Shown here piece by piece: positions 56,117 to 61,607 of a DNA stretch of 64,000 bases; within the stretch, counting starts at the first letter, position 1; each line of letters opens with the position of its first letter. The stretch is taken from positions 64,001 through 128,000 of the IMG/VR virus record IMGVR_UViG_3300021400_000027; one strand, written 5' to 3'. The translations under genes were made by a program, and so were the position numbers. The stretch is from a virus. Taxonomy: Duplodnaviria > Caudoviricetes. The notes below the pieces were generated by a model. That model was not told the DNA's origin, made no database searches, and saw only the letters and a list, made by a program, of their open reading frames with translations.

Positions 56117-56362
56117 ATGTATATTTCAGTTCAGTTTAAGAATAAAAACAAAGAGTTTGTTGGTAAGCATTATGACTATGAATTGCTTCCTGATGAAAAA
56201 GTACCGGCAGTTGGCTCTATTATCCGAATGATGGACGAAAATTATAATTTTGTGTGTTACGGCACAAGAGTTATGGTTACTTCCGTTAAAATGAAAAGTG
56301 CTTCGGCAAAGGTCGCTATCAGATGTCTTGAAACGACACTTGATGATGAACAGGACAGTTAA
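56117..56362 (+). CDS. Hypothetical protein
   Basis: RBS AAAGGAG then ATG 56117; own promoter. Confidence 0.7.
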   Translation: MYISVQFKNKNKEFVGKHYDYELLPDEKVPAVGSIIRMMDENYNFVCYGTRVMVTSVKMKSASAKVAIRCLETTLDDEQDS

Positions 56363-56416
56363 AAATTTGAAATAAAAAATAAAATGAAGTATAATAATTA
56401 TAGAAATTAAAGAAAT

Positions 56417-56490
56417 GGGAGAGTAGCTCAGTCGGTGGTAGCAAACGGCTGTTAACCGTTAGGTCAAGGGTTCGAGTCCCTTCTCTCCCG
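56417..56490 (+). tRNA. tRNA-Asn(GTT)
   Basis: AACGG-CTGTTAA-CCGTT. Confidence 0.9.
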
Positions 56491-56500
56491 TTATTTAAAT

Positions 56501-56573
56501 GGGGTTGTAGTTCAGTTGGGAGAACGTTTGTCCTGCAAACAAAAGGTCGTGGGTTCGATTCCCACCTTCTCCA
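56501..56573 (+). tRNA. tRNA-Ala(TGC), acceptor mismatches
   Basis: G3-U70; TTTGT-CCTGCAA-ACAAA. Confidence 0.8.
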
Positions 56574-56577
56574 CTTT

Positions 56578-56654
56578 GGGAACGTAGCTTAGTTGGTAAA
56601 AGCACTCGGCTGATAACCGAGAGACCAGCGGTTCGAGTCCGCTCGTTCCCACCA
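56578..56654 (+). tRNA. tRNA-Ile(GAT)
   Basis: CTCGG-CTGATAA-CCGAG; CCA encoded. Confidence 0.92.
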
Positions 56655-56657
56655 AAT

Positions 56658-56731
56658 GCGGAATTGGTGTAATGGTAGCATTTCTGCCTTCCAAGCAGAC
56701 AGTGGGGGTTCAAATCCCCTATTCCGCTCCA
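56658..56731 (+). tRNA. tRNA-Gly(TCC)
   Basis: TCTGC-CTTCCAA-GCAGA; TCCA end. Confidence 0.92.
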
Positions 56732-56733
56732 AT

Positions 56734-56818
56734 GGGTAAGTATGCAAACTGGTGAAGCGAGCTGTCTGTAAAACAGTTGCCATTGGCGTTGTAGGTTCGA
56801 GTCCTACCTTACCCACCA
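56734..56818 (+). tRNA. tRNA-Tyr(GTA)
   Basis: GCTGT-CTGTAAA-ACAGT, variable arm, ACCA. Confidence 0.92.
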
Positions 56819-56820
56819 TT

Positions 56821-57033
56821 AAGACAGTTACAGCAACTTCACATAGAAAAGATATTTATTTAGTAAATTTAGTTTGTGGAGTTCTCCCGTGATGTGATAG
56901 GGAGAAAGAATTAAAGTTCGCACTCAACTATAAAGTGCAATAAAAATTTATTTTCGCCGTATAGGTGGCGGAGTTGTTTCGCCGCCGGCGGGTTTCCCTT
57001 GACCTTATAAGGAATTTAAATTTTAGCTGTCTT
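56821..57033 (+). ncRNA. CAGCAA-stem RNA copy 4 (~190-nt multi-hairpin cargo)
   Basis: AAGACAGTTA-CAGCAA...TAGCTGTCTT. Confidence 0.7.
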
Positions 57034-57036
57034 GCA

Positions 57037-57434
57037 TAGGTCGCCTAAATAAAGGCTTACCCTTTAAAGTTAAATTTATGCATGGTTTCAGGAAACCGAA
57101 AAATCCGAATCGAAGTTGAGCCGCCATTCAACTTCGTCCTGTGGCGGCAGGTTTTGAGGGTGGAGACCTTTTAAACTCCCGTTTGACGAACGTTATTAAA
57201 GTCTGACAGATGACATAATATTGCTCTAAATAGCCTCATCTAAGAATGGAATTTGAGCAGGTTAGAGTTTATCCTTAAAGCCAACCGGTTGAAAGTCCGT
57301 TGGACGGTAATAATCGTCCAAAGAATGGGAACTATTTGCTGACCTTCACGTGGTGTTTCTGAGTTTGGCTAACAGCAAAAAGTGATACTCGGCTTTATAG
57401 TTGAGAAAGTTATCCGAGTTAAACGCTTCTCAAC
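57037..57434 (+). ncRNA. Chain of compact pseudoknots and hairpins
   Basis: e.g. GAAGTTGA/TCAACTTC with loop GCCGCCAT pairing GTGGCGGC; ACTCGG/CCGAGT with GTTGAGAA/TTCTCAAC. Confidence 0.6.
57327..57379 (+). ncRNA. Minimal HDV-like (theta-type) self-cleaving ribozyme
   Basis: P1 GGGAAC/GTTTCT with G-U first pair, P2 TTTGCTG/CAGCAAA, P3 ACC/GGT, L3 TTCACGT, P1.1 TC/GA, J4/2 GCTAA. Confidence 0.78.
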
Positions 57435-57452
57435 AAAATTTATTAGATAGGA

Positions 57453-58037
57453 GTGATAACTTTGGTTGGAAATTGGGACATTAATGTTGTTGTAGGTAAG
57501 CTTCCGCAGAAAGTTGCTACTGCTTTTGCAAATCTTGGTGAAACAATTATTGGAGCAACATATACTCCAATTGCATATATTGGTTCACAGATTGTGAATG
57601 GAGTAAATCATGCGGTATTGGCTGAACAGACAATTATTACCGGCAGAGATACAAAGAATATCGTCTTAATTATTTTTAATGAAAAACCAGAGGGTGTTTC
57701 GTTAGTTAATATTGAGAGAGTTGTTGAAGGCGGTTTGGAACTCGGCGGAACAAAAATTGATGTAAAAACTGAAATTCCAGAAGATGCTCAGTCTGCATTC
57801 AATGAAGCAATTGGTAGCTTTGTTGGTTCTACAGTAGAACCCTTTGCATTAGTTGCAACTCAGGTTACAAAAGGTACGGACTACATCTTTGTAGCAACTG
57901 TTAAGCCTTTGGCACTTGAAGCAAAAGCAACTGTTGCTCTGGTTACGGTGAATACTCTTGAAAAGAGAATTTCCTTTATTGATGTGATTCAGCCGAATCT
58001 TAATAAAGCAAGTCTTGGATATGCTTTTACTTGGTAA
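57453..58037 (+). CDS. Hypothetical protein with internal domain duplication (start uncertain)
   Basis: Two repeats of LP..A..AF...G....P.A....Q.V.G.. Confidence 0.8.
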   Translation: MITLVGNWDINVVVGKLPQKVATAFANLGETIIGATYTPIAYIGSQIVNGVNHAVLAEQTIITGRDTKNIVLIIFNEKPEGVSLVNIERVVEGGLELGGTKIDVKTEIPEDAQSAFNEAIGSFVGSTVEPFALVATQVTKGTDYIFVATVKPLALEAKATVALVTVNTLEKRISFIDVIQPNLNKASLGYAFTW

Positions 58038-58134
58038 TAGGGAGATTAAATTCTCCCCTACCAATTAAAAATTTGAAATTTCTTTTAAAATTTGCTATAA
58101 TATTTATAGTAAATGAGAAAGAGATAAAAAAAAT

Positions 58135-58210
58135 AGCGGAGTGGAGCAGTTGGTAGCTCGCAAGATTCATTATCTTGAGGTCGTAGGTTCAAGTCCTGCC
58201 TCCGCAACCA
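58135..58210 (+). tRNA. tRNA-Met(CAT), initiator-like 1:72 mismatch
   Basis: CAAGA-TTCATTA-TCTTG; ACCA. Confidence 0.85.
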
Positions 58211-58217
58211 GCACTTA

Positions 58218-58347
58218 AAGATACGTACAGCAAACCACTTAGCTTAGGAATTTTAATCCCCGTGATGCAGGTTCGAGTCCTGTCTTTACAGTCTTTACTG
58301 TAAAGTAGCTTAATTGGCAGAGCAGGTAAATGCAAACAACGTATCTT
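58218..58347 (+). ncRNA. CAGCAA-stem RNA copy 5 enclosing circularly permuted tRNA-Lys(TTT)
   Basis: Order anticodon arm, T arm, acceptor hairpin CTTTACAG/CTGTAAAG, D arm; inside AAGATACGT/ACGTATCTT. Confidence 0.8.
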
Positions 58348-58354
58348 GTTAAAT

Positions 58355-58429
58355 GCCTCATTAGCTTAGATGGTCGAAAGCACCCGACTCTTAATCGGGG
58401 GAGCATGGGTTCAAATCCCATATGGGGTA
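58355..58429 (+). tRNA. tRNA-Lys(CTT)
   Basis: CCCGA-CTCTTAA-TCGGG. Confidence 0.9.
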
Positions 58430-58433
58430 CTAT

Positions 58434-58510
58434 GGCGGTGTAGTTCAGTAGTGTAGAACATCGGACTGTCACTCCGAAGGTCGCCGGTTCGAGTCCGGTC
58501 ATCGTCGCCA
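58434..58510 (+). tRNA. tRNA-Asp(GTC)
   Basis: TCGGA-CTGTCAC-TCCGA; GCCA. Confidence 0.92.
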
Positions 58511-58512
58511 TA

Positions 58513-58635
58513 AAGACACATCAGCAAAACAATTCTTTTGCATTGGGAGCATGAGTTAGAGGTTCGATTCCTCTATCCACGACCAAATTATACTGTGGAT
58601 TGGTGAAATGGTATCACGCATTATAAGTGTGTCTT
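58513..58635 (+). ncRNA. CAGCAA-stem RNA copy 6 enclosing circularly permuted tRNA-Pro(TGG)
   Basis: TGC-ATTGGGA-GCATG, T arm, ATCCACG-ACCA, linker, TGTGGAT, D arm; inside AAGACACA/TGTGTCTT. Confidence 0.82.
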
Positions 58636-58642
58636 GTATTTT

Positions 58643-58715
58643 GCTTCTGTAGCACAATTGGTAGTGCATCTCACTTGTAATGAGAGGGTTGTAGGTTCGA
58701 GTCCTATCAGAAGCT
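58643..58715 (+). tRNA. tRNA-Thr(TGT)
   Basis: TCTCA-CTTGTAA-TGAGA. Confidence 0.9.
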
Positions 58716-58719
58716 CTAT

Positions 58720-58793
58720 GCCGGTGTAGCTCAGTTGGTAGTAGCGTATGCCTGAAGAGCATAGCGTCAGAGGTTCGATTCCTCTCGCCGGCA
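58720..58793 (+). tRNA. tRNA-Phe(GAA)
   Basis: TATGC-CTGAAGA-GCATA. Confidence 0.9.
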
Positions 58794-58799
58794 TCAGTT

Positions 58800-58925
58800 A
58801 AGATTCGTCAGCAGAAGTATTTCAAAATTTACATACACCAAATGCCAGTATGTATGGTGTAACGGTAGCACACTCACCAGTTAAGTGAGAGGTAAAGGTT
58901 CAACTCCTTTGGCAGAACGAATCTT
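58800..58925 (+). ncRNA. CAGCAG-stem RNA copy 7 enclosing permuted tRNA-Asn(GTT)-like RNA
   Basis: TACATAC-ACCA, linker, GTATGTA, D arm, CTCAC-CAGTTAA-GTGAG, T arm; inside AAGATTCGT/ACGAATCTT. Confidence 0.8.
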
Positions 58926-58930
58926 GTTTC

Positions 58931-59002
58931 CGCCCTATCGTCTAACGGTTAGGACATCGCACTTTCTATGCGAAAATCCCAGTTCGAGTCTGGGTAGGGT
59001 GA
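58931..59002 (+). tRNA. tRNA-Glu(TTC)
   Basis: TCGCA-CTTTCTA-TGCGA. Confidence 0.88.
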
Positions 59003-59049
59003 TTAAGCGTTATTAAAACGCAAAAATAAGTAAAAGGAGAAGAGAGGTC

Positions 59050-59553
59050 ATGAATACTAAAAAATTTTATCGTGGTAATGGTCAAATCGTAACCTACGAT
59101 GGAATGATGAAAGTAATTGCAGACTACATCATGGAAGATACGAAAAGTGATTATGAAATCACAGTAGGCACAGATAGCCAAAACCATGACCTAACAAAAA
59201 TGGTTGAAGTTATCGCTGTACATCGTGTTGGAAAAGGTGGTATCTTCTTCTACAGAACAGAATATGTTCGTAAAATTCGAGTTTTAAAAGAAAAAATTGT
59301 TGAAGAAACATCTCGTTCTTTAGAGAACGCAGAGGGGTTATTAGATACAGTTCAACTTTATTTACTCGAAAAAGATATTGATATTGACAAACTCAATATT
59401 CATTTTGTAATTCATTGTGATATTGGTCATGCCGGCAAGACACAAGCACTTATTAAAGAAATTGTTTCTTGGGTTCAGTCTTGTGGTTATGAATGTCAGA
59501 TTAAGCCAGATAGCTATGCTGCGTCTGGTATTGCAAACAAAATTTCTAAGTGA
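59050..59553 (+). CDS. YkuK/DUF458 RNase H-like protein
   Basis: VGTDSQ, HR.GKGG.FF, ETSRSL, IH.DIG..G.T, IKPDSYAAS..A.K. Confidence 0.88.
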   Translation: MNTKKFYRGNGQIVTYDGMMKVIADYIMEDTKSDYEITVGTDSQNHDLTKMVEVIAVHRVGKGGIFFYRTEYVRKIRVLKEKIVEETSRSLENAEGLLDTVQLYLLEKDIDIDKLNIHFVIHCDIGHAGKTQALIKEIVSWVQSCGYECQIKPDSYAASGIANKISK

Positions 59554-59558
59554 ACAAT

Positions 59559-59662
59559 GCGTTGATAGCCAAGCATTAAAAGGCACTAAGACAATAGGAG
59601 TCCTTGTCGTGGGAACTTCACCCACATGGAATGCGTGTGATTGAAACTGCACACTCAACGCT
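59559..59662 (+). ncRNA. Aberrant tRNA-like RNA with two central hairpins
   Basis: GCGTTGA/TCAACGC acceptor, D-like arm, GACAA/TTGTC and GTGGG/CCCAC hairpins, T-like arm. Confidence 0.5.
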
Positions 59663-59665
59663 TTT

Positions 59666-59749
59666 GCCGCTGTGGTGGAATTGGCAGACACAAGGGACTT
59701 AAAATCCCTCGGAGTAAAATCCGTACCGGTTCAAATCCGGTCAGCGGCA
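59666..59749 (+). tRNA. tRNA-Leu(TAA)
   Basis: AGGGA-CTTAAAA-TCCCT, variable arm. Confidence 0.92.
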
Positions 59750-59753
59750 CTAT

Positions 59754-59813
59754 AAGACGGTTACAGCAATCTTTAAGGATTTATTTGGTTCGATTCCAGA
59801 GGTTTTCCGTCTT
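59754..59813 (+). ncRNA. CAGCAA-stem RNA copy 8 (isolated T-arm cargo)
   Basis: AAGACGG-TTA-CAGCAA...CCGTCTT; inner TTTGG-TTCGATT-CCAGA. Confidence 0.72.
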
Positions 59814-59845
59814 GAAGATTTTATTTTGAAAAGGAGATAATCTAA

Positions 59846-60460
59846 ATGAGAAAAGTTATTATTGTTATTTTATCCGTTATTGCTATTGCGACAATTGTAC
59901 TGCCTGAGGGAGAGTACGGTCCGGTAACTATTACTTCTTACGCCGCAGAGGGACAGTTTAATTCAAATGGATTACAGGCTAATAACCTTGGTATTCCTAT
60001 TAATGAATTTGTTGACGCTCCGGCAACAGCACCAATTCCTTTTGGTCAGCTTGTTGATGCTCCTATGACTGCACCAGTATCAGTTCCTTCTGATAAGTTT
60101 GTTGATGCTCCTATGACTGCACCGTCAGCGGAGACTTCTATGACTACAACTACAAAAGAAACTACAACTACAGCTGAACTTGTGTCAGCTCCAGAAACCG
60201 CACCAGAAGTTTTAGATACTGCTCCAGCGACAGCACCAACAACTACTACCTCAACCACTACTTCAACTACTACTACAGTAACAACCACCACAACTACAGC
60301 TACCACTTCGGCTTCAACCGTTTTGGCAGATATGAAGTGTGCAGATGGTGCTGAATTAAGAGTAAGTGAAGATTCAAACGGTAAGGTTGAAATTGAAGCA
60401 TCAGGCGAAAAAGACTTACTTAAAGAAATTTTTGGTTTTATTAAAGACCTGTTTTCTTAA
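59846..60460 (+). CDS. Exported Thr-rich protein with (V/L)xAPxTAP repeats
   Basis: Signal peptide, five APxTAP repeats, poly-Thr linker. Confidence 0.8.
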   Translation: MRKVIIVILSVIAIATIVLPEGEYGPVTITSYAAEGQFNSNGLQANNLGIPINEFVDAPATAPIPFGQLVDAPMTAPVSVPSDKFVDAPMTAPSAETSMTTTTKETTTTAELVSAPETAPEVLDTAPATAPTTTTSTTTSTTTTVTTTTTTATTSASTVLADMKCADGAELRVSEDSNGKVEIEASGEKDLLKEIFGFIKDLFS

Positions 60461-60479
60461 GCGGTTCGCCGCTTAATAT

Positions 60480-60553
60480 CGGGGATTACGTCAATTTGGT
60501 AGACGGCGGCATTTGGGATGCCGAGGCTGCGAGTTCGAGTCTCGCATCTCCGA
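60480..60553 (+). tRNA. tRNA-Pro(TGG)
   Basis: CGGCA-TTTGGGA-TGCCG. Confidence 0.9.
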
Positions 60554-60643
60554 CTAAAGCACCTAATGCGGATATGGTGCTATATTTTCATGGTGATTAC
60601 CTCCTAAAATTGCCAAAGTTGTGTCGCTTGGCGGCACAACGCT

Positions 60644-60722
60644 GGGGATATGGTGGAATGGCAGACACGCTTGCCTTAGAAGCAAGTGCTTCGGCGTGAG
60701 AGTTCAAGTCTCTCTATCCCCA
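60644..60722 (+). tRNA. tRNA-Leu(TAG)
   Basis: CTTGC-CTTAGAA-GCAAG. Confidence 0.9.
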
Positions 60723-60729
60723 CTAAAAT

Positions 60730-60802
60730 GGAGTCGGTAGTGTAATGGCTAACACGTCAGTTTGTGGCACTGATAATGAGAGTTCGATTCTCTCCCTTCT
60801 CC
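60730..60802 (+). tRNA. tRNA-His(GTG), acceptor mismatches
   Basis: TCAGT-TTGTGGC-ACTGA; G-1. Confidence 0.8.
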
Positions 60803-60891
60803 CTTGGTGCGCAGGTTTGATGCAATGCGACATGTTCAGAAATCCGTGTACTATAGAGTATTCCTGCACAATCTATAGCGGTATTTAATTA

Positions 60892-61036
60892 AAGACACTA
60901 CAGCAAAACATTTCTAAATGGACTGTAAATCCGTTGGGGAAGTCCCTTCGTAGGTGCAAATCCTATCCTCGCCCACCAAAATATGGGCGAGTAGCCAAGT
61001 AGACAAAGGCGACGGACCATATATTAAAAGTGTCTT
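60892..61036 (+). ncRNA. CAGCAA-stem RNA copy 9 enclosing circularly permuted tRNA-Tyr(GTA)
   Basis: ATGGA-CTGTAAA-TCCGT, V arm, T arm, CTCGCCC-ACCA, linker, GGGCGAG, D arm, ACGGAC; inside AAGACACT/AGTGTCTT. Confidence 0.82.
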
Positions 61037-61041
61037 GAAAT

Positions 61042-61122
61042 GTGGAGATGCCAGAGTGGTTGATTGGGACGGACTGCAACTCCGTTGCGTAAGCCTCGTC
61101 GGTTCGAATCCGACTCTCCACT
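61042..61122 (+). tRNA. tRNA-Cys(GCA) with enlarged variable arm
   Basis: ACGGA-CTGCAAC-TCCGT; U73. Confidence 0.85.
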
Positions 61123-61127
61123 TTAAT

Positions 61128-61201
61128 CTCCCCTTAGCTCAATTGGATAGAGCAACGGATTTCTAATCCGTAGGTTGAAGGTTCGAGTCCTTCAGGGGAG
61201 G
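61128..61201 (+). tRNA. tRNA-Arg(TCT)
   Basis: ACGGA-TTTCTAA-TCCGT. Confidence 0.9.
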
Positions 61202-61209
61202 CTTAATTT

Positions 61210-61283
61210 GTCGCTTTAGTTCAATTGGATTAGAACCTCCGGCTACGAACCGGAAGATACGAGTTCAAGTCTTGTAGGCGGCG
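61210..61283 (+). tRNA. tRNA-Arg(ACG)
   Basis: TCCGG-CTACGAA-CCGGA. Confidence 0.9.
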
Positions 61284-61287
61284 TAAA

Positions 61288-61360
61288 AAGACAACTTACA
61301 GCAATTTAATTATATCGCCTTAAGTTTTTCCTGTACAGTGATATGTCAGGGTGTTGTCTT
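61288..61360 (+). ncRNA. CAGCAA-stem RNA copy 10 (pseudoknot-like cargo)
   Basis: AAGACAAC-TTA-CAGCAA...GTTGTCTT; ATATCGC/GTGATAT and CCTG/CAGG. Confidence 0.7.
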
Positions 61361-61369
61361 GATTTAATT

Positions 61370-61458
61370 GGAAGATTAATTCAGCCGGCGCTGAACCTCG
61401 TCTTGAAAACGAGTGGTGCGGTGAAACGCATGGGGCTCGACACCTCAGTCTTCCGCCA
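61370..61458 (+). tRNA. tRNA-Ser(TGA), atypical 6-bp D stem
   Basis: CTCGT-CTTGAAA-ACGAG, long V arm, GCCA. Confidence 0.82.
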
Positions 61459-61466
61459 CTAACCTT

Positions 61467-61500
61467 AAGACCTTACGGCATTAAATTAAATAAAGGTCTT
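61467..61500 (+). ncRNA. Minimal cargo-less stem copy 11 (ACGGCA variant)
   Basis: AAGACCTT-ACGGCA...AAGGTCTT immediately upstream of the DUF2828 promoter. Confidence 0.55.
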
Positions 61501-61607
61501 GAAGTTAAAATAATTTGAGTTTTTAAAAATTTTTTGCTATAATATTTATAGTGAAAAGGAAAAAGTCCGAATTAACTTTAACTTACAATGAAAAGGAGAA
61601 ATGTGTA

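Noticed and set aside
56821-57434. tmRNA
   Set aside because: Pseudoknots are present but there are no tRNA-Ala-like ends with G3-U70 and no evident tag reading frame
58218-61036. Group I intron-split tRNAs
   Set aside because: The halves are in permuted order and the flanks are too short and lack a catalytic core
56495-61166. Track ORFs overlapping tRNAs (56495, 56512, 56589, 58239, 58556, 59641, 60496, 60954)
   Set aside because: They are translations of tRNA or ncRNA sequence
61128-61201. Second amber suppressor (loop contains CTA)
   Set aside because: In the 7-nt loop TTTCTAA the central triplet is TCT (Arg); likewise the loop at 58931 is TTC (Glu)
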